64,000 bases of DNA. Source: a virus. The translations under genes and the position numbers were made by a program. Location of the stretch: IMG/VR virus record IMGVR_UViG_3300045988_165521. One strand, 5' to 3'. Positions 7,637 through 16,204 of the stretch are shown here, in pieces. Within the stretch, counting starts at the first letter, position 1; each line of letters starts with the position of its first letter. The notes under the pieces were generated by a model, which had not been told where the DNA came from, did no database searches, and was given only the letters and a program-made list of their open reading frames with translations.

Positions 7637-7811
7637 AACATATTGCCCAGAATGTGACAAAGAAACAGTTCATATAATTTGGACGGAGGATGCATATGGA
7701 GCTTCTGGTGTAGCTAGAATCTTTTCAACTTTACTTTCTGTTGGAATGTCAAACTTAGCTTGTACTACATACAGTAAGTGTATTAGTTGTGGAAATACTA
7801 AAGAATTATAA
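7623..7811 (+). CDS. small zinc-ribbon protein
   Basis: CPEC...CISC pairs. Confidence 0.45.
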   Translation: MKTIKTYCPECDKETVHIIWTEDAYGASGVARIFSTLLSVGMSNLACTTYSKCISCGNTKEL

Positions 7812-7812
7812 A

Positions 7813-8076
7813 ATGATTAATGACCAAATTAAAAAGTTAGCTAATAAAAAGATTCCATTATATAATAACTCTTCTAGTTTATATGATATTTTGGATTGGC
7901 TGCGGGAGAAAAAATTCCTACATGTAGAGATACAATGGTATCCTCATGGTTGGATGTTTGTTATTTATAAAATTGATTCTCAAGAGGATGAACCATATGA
8001 TACTTTCTCTGAAGTATATACTAGTTATCTAAATTGTTTAGAAGCTGGAATTATAAGAGCATTAAATATTATATAA
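7813..8076 (+). CDS. hypothetical protein (tandem paralog of 8079)
   Basis: LYDILDWLREKKFLHVEIQWYPHGW parallels LHDILDELRDKESLHVEIGWHPNGY. ATG 7813 was chosen to avoid overlap. Confidence 0.55.
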   Translation: MINDQIKKLANKKIPLYNNSSSLYDILDWLREKKFLHVEIQWYPHGWMFVIYKIDSQEDEPYDTFSEVYTSYLNCLEAGIIRALNII

Positions 8077-8078
8077 TT

Positions 8079-8294
8079 ATGAAAAATACAGGTTTACATG
8101 ATATTCTGGATGAACTAAGAGATAAAGAGTCTTTACATGTAGAAATCGGATGGCATCCTAATGGATATGCATACTCTATTTATAGAATTAATAGGCGAGA
8201 TACAGAGCCGTGTTATGCTTCTTCTGAAAGATACCATAATTATCGGGAATGCTTAGGAGCGGCAATTGTAAAAGCAATGAACTTGGCGGATTAA
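8079..8294 (+). CDS. hypothetical protein (tandem paralog of 7813)
   Basis: See 7813. Confidence 0.55.
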   Translation: MKNTGLHDILDELRDKESLHVEIGWHPNGYAYSIYRINRRDTEPCYASSERYHNYRECLGAAIVKAMNLAD

Positions 8295-8299
8295 TAAAA

Positions 8300-8719
8300 A
8301 TGAAAACATTACTTTGGGTGGACGATGCTCGTAATCCTCTTGAGAATGATTGGTTAAATTTTAGTCCTATCGGTCGAAACTGTTTTGTAATATGGGCGCA
8401 AACTTATCAAGAAGCAATACAATTTCTTGAAAAAGACTGGCCTGATGCAATTTGTCTTGATCACGATTTAGGAGAAGAAGAAAGCGGTTATGATATAGCT
8501 AAATATATTGTAAATCGTTGTATTGATGAGGGAAAGAAACTTCCATTATTTGCAAGTCAATCTGCAAATCCTGTAGGTAGAGAGAATATCTTAAGATTGT
8601 TTAAAAATTATCAAAAACAGGAATTATTAGAACATGTTCAAGAAGCAGTTCAATATAAACATGATTGGTTAAATGCTGTTGAAAATGGTACAGAAATTCC
8701 CAAAAAGAGACGAATGTAG
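8300..8719 (+). CDS. receiver(REC)-like domain protein
   Basis: LLWVDD...DAICLDHDLG...GYDI pattern. The assignment is weak. Confidence 0.4.
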   Translation: MKTLLWVDDARNPLENDWLNFSPIGRNCFVIWAQTYQEAIQFLEKDWPDAICLDHDLGEEESGYDIAKYIVNRCIDEGKKLPLFASQSANPVGRENILRLFKNYQKQELLEHVQEAVQYKHDWLNAVENGTEIPKKRRM

Positions 8720-9032
8720 AATTCTTTATCATATAACCTTAAAAGAAAATTTAGATAGTATTTTAGATAAAGGACTTATTCCAGATATTGGTTCTCAGTG
8801 TACTCATTGTAAAAATGATAATCCAACTGAGAAGTTAGTTTATATGACTGATTTAGAAGGAATTGCTAAATGGAAGAAAGCGTTATATGGTAATAGTAAT
8901 TCTTGTGTAATTCTTGAAGTTAATACTCTTAATCTTGAAATAATCTATCGCAGAAAGTTTGTTGAAGGAACTGAATATGCATGTAAAGAAACTATTTTAC
9001 CTGACAGATTAAAGATTATAACTCTTAAATGA
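8685..9032 (+). CDS. hypothetical protein
   Basis: ORF ending at a TGA within an ATGA overlap. Start uncertain. Confidence 0.4.
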   Translation: MVQKFPKRDECRILYHITLKENLDSILDKGLIPDIGSQCTHCKNDNPTEKLVYMTDLEGIAKWKKALYGNSNSCVILEVNTLNLEIIYRRKFVEGTEYACKETILPDRLKIITLK

Positions 9033-9217
9033 AAAATTTTATTCAACATGTTGTTTATAGTCATAGAGAGGGATTACGTTGGTACTTTAAATCAACAGAG
9101 CGTAAAGGTACATTTGTAATTTCTTTATATCCTTGGGATATTAGACTTTTAAAATATGGACTTTATTTACTAATTCCACCTCTTAAAGAGACTCATATTA
9201 AAGGCAACTGGAATTAA
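9029..9217 (+). CDS. hypothetical protein
   Basis: 62-aa ORF. Confidence 0.35.
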   Translation: MKNFIQHVVYSHREGLRWYFKSTERKGTFVISLYPWDIRLLKYGLYLLIPPLKETHIKGNWN

Positions 9218-9226
9218 AAAAGGTAT

Positions 9227-9309
9227 GCCCACGCAGCAGAGTTGGAGATCTGCACGAAACTGTAAATTTCGCGTCTCAGACTAATGAGGTTCGAATCCTC
9301 ACGGGGGCA
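9227..9309 (+). tRNA. tRNA-Tyr (anticodon GTA)
   Basis: Anticodon arm CGAAA-CTGTAAA-TTTCG, long variable arm (bacterial type II), T-arm TGAGG-TTCGAAT-CCTCA. There is one A-G mismatch in the acceptor stem. Confidence 0.8.
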
Positions 9310-9332
9310 CAAAATAATAAAAATTGCAAATA

Positions 9333-9854
9333 ATGAAAAATTTTCAAGTAACTTCAAAAGAAGATAATCAAAAATACTGGATTTCGAGGTCTTGTGCAGT
9401 TGCTATGTTTCTATTTTCTAGAGATAAATTTGGAAACTTATGTATTTTAGCAAATAAACGTGGTACTGGAACTCCTGATTTTCAAGGATATTGGAATTGT
9501 CCTTGTGGTTATATAGACTTTGATGAAACTGGAGAAGATGCCGTTTGCAGAGAAATTATGGAAGAAACAGGATATGTAATTACTCCTGAAGTTCCTAAAT
9601 TTGTAGAGGTTGAAACAAGTCCAAAGGCTAATAAGCAAAATATTACTCTTAGATATACTGCTTTAGTACCTTATAAATTACTTTCTCAAGTTAAACCTAT
9701 TGGAGGCGAAGATAATGAAGTTGAAGAGGTTAAATGGATTGATATAAGAAAATTAAACAACTATAAATGGGCATTTAATCACAACAAAATAATTGAAAGA
9801 ATTATACTTTTAAAACAATATATACAAAATGACAGACATAAACACTTTAGCTAA
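9333..9854 (+). CDS. NUDIX hydrolase
   Basis: Nudix box GYIDFDETGEDAVCREIMEETGY. Confidence 0.8.
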   Translation: MKNFQVTSKEDNQKYWISRSCAVAMFLFSRDKFGNLCILANKRGTGTPDFQGYWNCPCGYIDFDETGEDAVCREIMEETGYVITPEVPKFVEVETSPKANKQNITLRYTALVPYKLLSQVKPIGGEDNEVEEVKWIDIRKLNNYKWAFNHNKIIERIILLKQYIQNDRHKHFS

Positions 9855-10386
9855 AAGTGGTTGGTATGAAACTAATCACGATAAGTATAAGTATGTTTAC
9901 TTAGAGCTTGATTATAGTAAAAAAATTAACAAGTTTGTATTTTCAGGCTGTTTAAGCCCTCAAGGGTTAGCTTATTTTCCACTTCCTAATCAAATTTATA
10001 GAGAACCAGATAGTGGAAATATGTTTTGTATCCCTTTTACATTATTTTCGCTTGTAAAATTTTGTGACGGGACTTTACTTCCACTAGTTTTAACTGAAGA
10101 CTTAGTAAAAAGGTACGCAGATCCTGAAAATATTGTTCTAACTTCTTTATGTATTAATATCTCTCGTTATGCAAGTAGTTTAGACTTTAGTACTATTCAT
10201 CTTACTCGAGATACTCCTTTAAGAAATCTCTTGAGTGAAGAGGCATTAAGAGTTGTTACTGGTAGTATGTTTGATTATTTTATGATAAGTGTATTAGAAC
10301 ATAAGAAGGAGTTTGATGAGCTTAACACTTCTCATTCAAATATAGAGTCTTTCATTAAGGTAATCTTAAAAATAATAGACTTATAA
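9829..10386 (+). CDS. hypothetical protein
   Basis: 185-aa ORF. Confidence 0.5.
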   Translation: MTDINTLAKSGWYETNHDKYKYVYLELDYSKKINKFVFSGCLSPQGLAYFPLPNQIYREPDSGNMFCIPFTLFSLVKFCDGTLLPLVLTEDLVKRYADPENIVLTSLCINISRYASSLDFSTIHLTRDTPLRNLLSEEALRVVTGSMFDYFMISVLEHKKEFDELNTSHSNIESFIKVILKIIDL

Positions 10387-10387
10387 A

Positions 10388-10705
10388 ATGTTTACTTTTA
10401 TTATTCTTTATTTTTTAAACTTAGTTCTAGATTATCCATTGCAAGGAACATTTCTTGCAGAATATAAATGTAAAAATAATTATATTTTATTTGTTCATTG
10501 TGCTATTTGGGCATTAGGTATTTATATTGCTTTATATTTTCTAGGGCTAGCTACAGTTTGGAAACTTGTAATGTTATTAGTTGGACATTATCTTATTGAC
10601 TACTGGAAATGTAGAGGCTTATATAAGAAATATATGAAAGACTTTACCGCTTATTATATTGATCAAAGTCTTCATATTGTTCAGGTTCTACTTTGTTTAA
10701 TATAA
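10388..10705 (+). CDS. hypothetical membrane protein
   Basis: Three hydrophobic segments. Confidence 0.5.
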   Translation: MFTFIILYFLNLVLDYPLQGTFLAEYKCKNNYILFVHCAIWALGIYIALYFLGLATVWKLVMLLVGHYLIDYWKCRGLYKKYMKDFTAYYIDQSLHIVQVLLCLI

Positions 10706-10732
10706 AACAAGTTCTATAAAAACTTGTTTTTT

Positions 10733-10821
10733 GGAGAGTTGGGGGAGTTGGCTTAACCCATCGTCCTGCTAAGACGACGTACCTCAAAAGGGTGCCACTA
10801 GTTCGAATCTAGTACTCTCCG
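10733..10821 (+). tRNA. tRNA-Ser (anticodon GCT)
   Basis: Acceptor GGAGAGT/ACTCTCC, anticodon arm TCGTC-CTGCTAA-GACGA, long variable arm. Confidence 0.85.
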
Positions 10822-10836
10822 CAAATTTAAAATAAC

Positions 10837-11103
10837 ATGAGTAAACTAATAATTAATAAACATCAAATTTGTTATATACCAGAATACAATTTATATTTAC
10901 AGAGAGTAGGAGTAGATAATACAAGCGTTCGTCATACTTGTGAACGTATATGTTCGATTTATCAGATCTGTAGGTATGGTTATTGTCGTAATAAGACTAT
11001 AGACCCACATTATGGTAATCATGGTTGCGCAGATAACGGAGAGCAAGACGCTTATAAAATTATTTGTTATAGAATATACTTAGAACCTATAGAATGGAAA
11101 TAG
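10837..11103 (+). CDS. Cys-rich small protein, tRNA-array paralog family (distal copy)
   Basis: Many Cys and the tail AYKIICYRIYLEP. It lies directly after tRNA-Ser. Confidence 0.5.
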   Translation: MSKLIINKHQICYIPEYNLYLQRVGVDNTSVRHTCERICSIYQICRYGYCRNKTIDPHYGNHGCADNGEQDAYKIICYRIYLEPIEWK

Positions 11104-11852
11104 CAAATTTAAAGGTATATAATGATAATATGCGAAAATCACTTTTAGATAAAGCATATTTTCTATCTTTTGTAGATTCGGATACGTTCATTGATTTTGG
11201 ATGTGCTGATGGATCTTTATTAAAATATATTCATGAGATGTTTCCTGATAAGAAACTAATTGGATATGATATATCTCCTGAAATGCTTCAAGTTGCAGAA
11301 AAGAATCTTGAAGGATGTAATGTTTCTTTATATAATAATTTTGAAAACGTTATATCCTTAAAGTTAGATAATGCTACTTTAATACTTTCTTCTGTTATTC
11401 ATGAAGTTTATAGTTACGGTGATAATCAAAGTGTAAATGAATTTTGGAGACAAGTTTTTAATGAAAACTTTAGATATATTGCTATTCGAGATTTAACTCC
11501 TCGAAAATCAATTGATAGAATGTCTGATATTAATGATGTTTCTAGAGTTTTACATAATGCTAATCCCACACATTTAGCTGAGTTTCAATCTATTTGGGGA
11601 AATATTAGTAACAATAAAAATCTAGTTCATTTCCTTATGAAATATAAATGGGTTGAAAATTGGGCTAGAGAAGTTAGAGAAAATTATTTTCCAATAACTA
11701 TCGAAGAGTTTTTATCAAAAGTTCCTAATAACTATGTTATTGATTATTTTTACGAATTTATTATGCCTCAAACTCAGCAAGGAATTCTTAAAGATTTTAA
11801 TATCCTATTAAAGGATACAACACACTTCAAATGCATTTTAAGAAAAATATAA
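11094..11852 (+). CDS. SAM-dependent methyltransferase
   Basis: Motif I FIDFGCADGSL. Confidence 0.6.
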   Translation: MEIANLKVYNDNMRKSLLDKAYFLSFVDSDTFIDFGCADGSLLKYIHEMFPDKKLIGYDISPEMLQVAEKNLEGCNVSLYNNFENVISLKLDNATLILSSVIHEVYSYGDNQSVNEFWRQVFNENFRYIAIRDLTPRKSIDRMSDINDVSRVLHNANPTHLAEFQSIWGNISNNKNLVHFLMKYKWVENWAREVRENYFPITIEEFLSKVPNNYVIDYFYEFIMPQTQQGILKDFNILLKDTTHFKCILRKI

Positions 11853-11853
11853 T

Positions 11854-12144
11854 ATGAAAGTAGTACAAGTAAATGTGGATTACACTGAAGAAGTTAATTC
11901 TTCGAATAAGAATTGGTTAAATTCTGATTCTAGGCATTGTGATATCTTAGTTAGAAGTGATGATGCAGAAACTATTAAGTATAGTGGAACTTTATCTCAA
12001 TCACAAGTAGAACATATCGTGTTTCTAATTCAAGATAATTATTCTGGAAAAGATATTAAAGATCAAATTATCGAATATGAAGTTCAAAATCTATCTCCTA
12101 CAGTAACTTCTCAGATTGGAGATCCTGAATTTTTAGAAGAATAA
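11854..12144 (+). CDS. hypothetical protein
   Basis: 96-aa ORF. Confidence 0.45.
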   Translation: MKVVQVNVDYTEEVNSSNKNWLNSDSRHCDILVRSDDAETIKYSGTLSQSQVEHIVFLIQDNYSGKDIKDQIIEYEVQNLSPTVTSQIGDPEFLEE

Positions 12145-12166
12145 TAGAGAGATTTACTCTCTATTT

Positions 12167-12253
12167 GCCCTCGTGATGGAACTGGCAGACATGCCGCTCT
12201 TAGAAAGCGGTCTGAAGTAATAGTAGGGTGCAGGTTCAAATCCTGTCGAGGGC
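12167..12253 (+). tRNA. tRNA-Leu (anticodon TAG)
   Basis: Acceptor GCCCTCG/CGAGGGC, anticodon arm CCGCT-CTTAGAA-AGCGG, long variable arm, discriminator A. Confidence 0.85.
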
Positions 12254-12298
12254 ACTCTAATAGCTTCCTATCTTGGAGGCATTTTCTATTTTATAGAT

Positions 12299-13042
12299 AT
12301 GTTTAAGTTTATTAAAAAGATGTTTAACAATAGAAATATTCTAACTAAAAACTTATATAAAGTAAAGTTAGATAAATATGATGAAGCTCTGATTATTATT
12401 TGTAAAGCTTTAGGAGTAAACTTACTAAAAGCAAATTTCTTCCATATAGATTCTTATACAAAAGTAATGAAATCATATGGCTCTTTGATAACTATTATTG
12501 ATTTTGATAATGCTATTGATTTAATTTTTGGTAATTTAAGTTCTAAAAGAAATCATGACGAAATTGTTTTACAATACATGATTAAGGTTATGCAGCTTCC
12601 TTCTAGTGTTATTGATAATGATAGATTTTATCGTAGTATTCATAGGACCTTTAATAAGATTTCTGTGTATTATTCTAAAGAAGATAAATTTACATGGTTT
12701 CAAGAATATTGTCAAAAATTTATAAAACCTGAATGGTCTAATTCTTTTTGCTTTTACTATAAATCTGCAGAATTTTATGTAACTTTTTATCAAGGATATT
12801 TTAAATATAAACGTAAACAGGAAGACTATCGAAGAAAAAGTAGAGAGAATTATCAATCTCAAAAACAACCTAATATAAATGAGTATTATAGAATACTTGG
12901 AATTAATATTACTAAAGATAAGGCTATTATCAAAACTGCTTATCGTAAGTTGTGTTTTCAGTATCATCCTGATAAAGGAGGCTCTAAGGAAAAGTTTATT
13001 GAAATTAATCAAGCATATGAATATTTAATTACACATGTCTAA
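12299..13042 (+). CDS. J-domain (DnaJ-like) protein
   Basis: C-terminal YYRILGI...AYRKLCFQYHPDKGG with the HPD motif. Confidence 0.8.
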   Translation: MFKFIKKMFNNRNILTKNLYKVKLDKYDEALIIICKALGVNLLKANFFHIDSYTKVMKSYGSLITIIDFDNAIDLIFGNLSSKRNHDEIVLQYMIKVMQLPSSVIDNDRFYRSIHRTFNKISVYYSKEDKFTWFQEYCQKFIKPEWSNSFCFYYKSAEFYVTFYQGYFKYKRKQEDYRRKSRENYQSQKQPNINEYYRILGINITKDKAIIKTAYRKLCFQYHPDKGGSKEKFIEINQAYEYLITHV

Positions 13043-13295
13043 AATGTATAAATTAATGAGTCTTAAAGGCTATAACGGGCCTGAAGATGTAATAAAACTT
13101 CAAGAATGGTTAGCTATAGAAAAACAAATATTTATTGAGACAAGAGTGTGTTGGAATAAAGAAGGAACTTTCCCTATTGGATATAGTGCAAGAGCTTGGA
13201 TGCCTCCGTATATATTATATACAGTAGCTCCAACAGAATTAACTATTGAAGAAGCAGTTATGGCAATTCTAGCAAGAATTTATGATTATATTTAA
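13035..13295 (+). CDS. hypothetical protein
   Basis: 86-aa ORF. Confidence 0.45.
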   Translation: MSKMYKLMSLKGYNGPEDVIKLQEWLAIEKQIFIETRVCWNKEGTFPIGYSARAWMPPYILYTVAPTELTIEEAVMAILARIYDYI

Positions 13296-13346
13296 ATAAT
13301 CTTGCTCCCGTAGTTCAAGGGATAGAAATTAATTTTTGATTCGAAC

Positions 13347-13378
13347 TTTGTATTTTTAATAAAATTTTTGTATCTTTG
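13347..13378 (+). promoter_or_regulatory. Bacteroidota-type promoter (TTTG-N20-TATCTTTG) for the HNH gene
   Basis: TTTG 13347-13350 and TAnnTTTG box 13371-13378, 28 nt upstream of ATG 13406. Confidence 0.55.
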
Positions 13379-13405
13379 TGTACGAAAATTTTAAATATAA
13401 AATAT

Positions 13406-14017
13406 ATGATAAGTTGAAAATTAGAAAAAGAAAATTTAATTAAGTTCCTTATTGATGAAAAATTAAGTTTTGAAGAAGTAGGTCGTAAGTATAAATGTAG
13501 TGGTAGCAATATTAGAAAAGTAGCACAACGTTTAAATATAATTGTTCCTTCTAGAAGAGCAGTAAATCCATGCGAAACTTTTAGAAGAGGAACTGCTAAA
13601 AAAGGTATCTGTAAGAACTGTGGAAAAGAATTTATATTATATTTATCTCATAGCGGAATTTATTGTAGTAGTAAATGTCAACAAGAGTACCAATCTAAGA
13701 AAAGATATGAATTAATTCTTAATGGAGATCCTTCTATTATGAGAGCTAATTATAACCCTAGATCATCTAAGAAGTATATATTAGAGGAACAGAATAATAA
13801 ATGTGCCATTTGTGGGATGGAACCCAGTTGAAATGGGAAAGAGTTAGTTTTTATTTTAGATCATATTGACGGTCATGCTTCTAATAATAAAAGAGATAAT
13901 TTAAGATGTATATGTCCTAATTGCGATTCTCAGTTGGATACTTACAAATCTAAAAATAAAAACGGAGACAGATATTATTATAGATACTATAAAAGTAGGA
14001 GTGACCAGAATGGATAA
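13406..14017 (+). CDS. HNH homing endonuclease (free-standing; 2 in-frame TGA)
   Basis: A single frame with TGA at 13415 and 13829. LDHIDGHASNN...NLRCICPNCDS motif. It is a paralog of ORF 4721, and its 3' end overlaps tRNA 13995 by 23 nt. Confidence 0.75.
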
Positions 14018-14081
14018 TGGACCAGACTTCTAATCTGGCGAGCTGCAATGCTCATTGCGGGTTCGACTCCCGCCTCCTATA
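13995..14081 (+). tRNA. tRNA with anticodon TCT (nominally Arg) but a type II long-variable-arm architecture
   Basis: Acceptor GTAGGAG/CTCCTAT (G1-U72), anticodon arm CCAGA-CTTCTAA-TCTGG, 18-nt variable region containing hairpin GAGC-TGCAAT-GCTC, T-arm GCGGG-TTCGACT-CCCGC, discriminator A. Confidence 0.7.
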
Positions 14082-14097
14082 CTAAATAAATATAACT

Positions 14098-14370
14098 ATG
14101 ATATTATATAAAGTTCAGAAATACTTTCCTACAGATTTTTCACAAAATTTTATAGAATGTAATATTTGTTCTATAGACAATTTTGAAAGAGAAAGTATAA
14201 AACATGCTATTCGCGATGGTCTTAAACCACATATTTGTTCAGGCATGTGTAGAGAATGTAATAATTTTATAGGTTTGATTGGAGTAGATCTTGAAAAACG
14301 AACAGGAACTGTAATATGTTCTCATAAAAATTATTACAGACTTGAATTTGATGAAAACGAAGGTGCATAA
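14098..14370 (+). CDS. hypothetical Cys-rich protein
   Basis: 90-aa ORF. Confidence 0.45.
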   Translation: MILYKVQKYFPTDFSQNFIECNICSIDNFERESIKHAIRDGLKPHICSGMCRECNNFIGLIGVDLEKRTGTVICSHKNYYRLEFDENEGA

Positions 14371-14380
14371 ATTATTATAT

Positions 14381-15238
14381 ATGAAATTATACGATTCAAC
14401 TGAAAACACATTTCATTGGGAAAAATTAGATTTAATCCCTGAAATAGAAAAACTAAAACGAATACCTCAAAATGAAATATGGCACAAAGAGGGTAATGCT
14501 TTTGTACATACTTGTATGGTTGTACAAAGTGCATTAGATCATATTTCAAATGAAACTATTGATTATTTAGCATCACCTGAAATTAGAGAAATTTTAGTAT
14601 ATGCTGCTTTATTGCATGATGTTGGCAAAGCTTTTACAACAAAGAAAGGAGAAGATGGCCTATATCATGCAAGTAACCATGCAATTAAAAGTGCAGAAAT
14701 TGCAAAAGATTTATTAGTTAAGTTAGAAGTAGATAAACATTTACATACAGCAATTATTTCATTAGTTCGCTGGCATATGCAGCCTATGTATATTCTTGAA
14801 CAGACAAATCCTGAAAAAGCTATACTAAAACTAGCTAATAATCTTAATGAAGTAAATGTAGAACTTTTAATTCTACTAAAACAATGTGATTGTGAAGGTT
14901 CAATCTACGATAAGGATGATCATCGAGACGAAATACTCCAAAAGGTAAGAGAGATTTATTATGATAAAATTACTTACAAACGTGGAGAAACCGTTAAAAT
15001 TACTAAGTTATCAGATAATGATACTTGTAGTTATGTTCCAGGACATCATCCTAATGGAATTAATACTGGATATGAAAAAATAGGTAGGCTAATTGAACCT
15101 ATTACAAAAGGACATAGAGTATATCTAGGACTTGGATTCTCTACATCTCCTGTTGTAGAAATTGTTAGCAAAAATTGTTTTAAAACAAGAAATTCTGTAT
15201 ATGAAATTACAGAAGTTTGTAAAACTACAGAAAAATAA
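14381..15238 (+). CDS. HD-domain phosphohydrolase
   Basis: H...LLHDVGK...H motifs. ATG 14381 was chosen. Confidence 0.6.
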   Translation: MKLYDSTENTFHWEKLDLIPEIEKLKRIPQNEIWHKEGNAFVHTCMVVQSALDHISNETIDYLASPEIREILVYAALLHDVGKAFTTKKGEDGLYHASNHAIKSAEIAKDLLVKLEVDKHLHTAIISLVRWHMQPMYILEQTNPEKAILKLANNLNEVNVELLILLKQCDCEGSIYDKDDHRDEILQKVREIYYDKITYKRGETVKITKLSDNDTCSYVPGHHPNGINTGYEKIGRLIEPITKGHRVYLGLGFSTSPVVEIVSKNCFKTRNSVYEITEVCKTTEK

Positions 15239-15249
15239 AATTTAATATA

Positions 15250-16029
15250 ATGCGTTATTTATTAGTAAAAACCGAAAACATGCCTATTTTGGCTCTGGCT
15301 CTTGGAAGTCTAGATTACAAAGCTGGAAACTCACCTATTTTTCCTATTGCATTTGGAGAATTCTCAATTTTAATTGATAAGGAGGATAAAACATTCTTCT
15401 ATGTTAAAGGTCGAAAAGAAATTGATAAATTTGTTGAAGATCATGCTAAAATCTATACAACTAATGATTTATCACATGCTCTTGAATTTCTTAAGGAAGA
15501 CGAAGATGAGGAAACCGATAAGTCTGAAGAAGATAAAGAGGAGATCGATCTTAAAACTATTTTTGAACATCCTTTAATGCAGGTTTTTAGTCGGCATATT
15601 CCTAAAGAGATTTTGGCTAAGTGTATTATGGAAGCTAAAGAAGAACGAGAACAGGAAGAAGAAAACGCTGCAGAGGAAAAATCTGAAGATAAAGAGTCTA
15701 ACTTCCATAAAGAGTTGGTACCTGGACGAATCGTTCAGTTTGAAAATGCAGGTATGATTCGGTATGGAATTGTACTTAGTAATGGTACAGTAATGCACTT
15801 TTCAGGAAGTAATTTAGCTGCTTCAGGATATATTAATAATATTACTGAAGATCGTCCTTATAGAGTTGTACGTATTCTTAAGCCTACAAGTAAATATTAC
15901 AATCTAAAGGATGTAAGTAATATGGAAGTAGCTTGGGAACGTAAAGTTCGCAAACCTAAAGTTACTAAAACAATAACCGAGATTGAAAAGGAATTAGGGC
16001 TTGCTCCTGGTTCGTTAGTCATTGAATAA
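15250..16029 (+). CDS. hypothetical protein with an acidic low-complexity centre
   Basis: 259-aa ORF. Confidence 0.5.
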   Translation: MRYLLVKTENMPILALALGSLDYKAGNSPIFPIAFGEFSILIDKEDKTFFYVKGRKEIDKFVEDHAKIYTTNDLSHALEFLKEDEDEETDKSEEDKEEIDLKTIFEHPLMQVFSRHIPKEILAKCIMEAKEEREQEEENAAEEKSEDKESNFHKELVPGRIVQFENAGMIRYGIVLSNGTVMHFSGSNLAASGYINNITEDRPYRVVRILKPTSKYYNLKDVSNMEVAWERKVRKPKVTKTITEIEKELGLAPGSLVIE

Positions 16030-16057
16030 GAGGGATTAATTCCCTCTTTTTGTTTTT
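16029..16057 (+). terminator. Rho-independent terminator
   Basis: AGAGGGA-TTAAT-TCCCTCT followed by TTTTTGTTTTT. Confidence 0.7.
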
Positions 16058-16063
16058 ATAAGT

Positions 16064-16201
16064 ATGGGTAAGTTTATTCGGGATTATCAAGTTGGTAAGA
16101 CATTTAGTAAAGAAGAGGAAACTTTTAAGCCTAATCGTAAAAAGGTAAAAAAGTTTAAAGACCCTGAAAAACGTGAAAAGAAACAATCTAAAAAAGATTA
16201 A
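16064..16201 (+). CDS. small basic protein
   Basis: 45-aa Lys-rich ORF. Confidence 0.35.
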   Translation: MGKFIRDYQVGKTFSKEEETFKPNRKKVKKFKDPEKREKKQSKKD

Positions 16202-16204
16202 AAG

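Noticed and set aside
13304-13346. tRNA-like 5' fragment GCTCCCG-TA-GTTC-AAGGGATA-GAA...TGATTCGAAC upstream of the HNH gene. I considered it as a split or intron-containing tRNA.
   Set aside because: I could not find a matching 3' acceptor strand (CGGGAGC) or a pairable anticodon stem, and the downstream tRNA at 13995 is complete on its own. It is probably a remnant.
15374-15798. Overlapping alternative-frame ORFs 15374-15577 (+) and 15574-15798 (-), and 18759-18971 and 19194-19439 inside the vWA gene.
   Set aside because: They are embedded in longer ORFs. Lys/Glu-rich repetitive composition explains the open frames.
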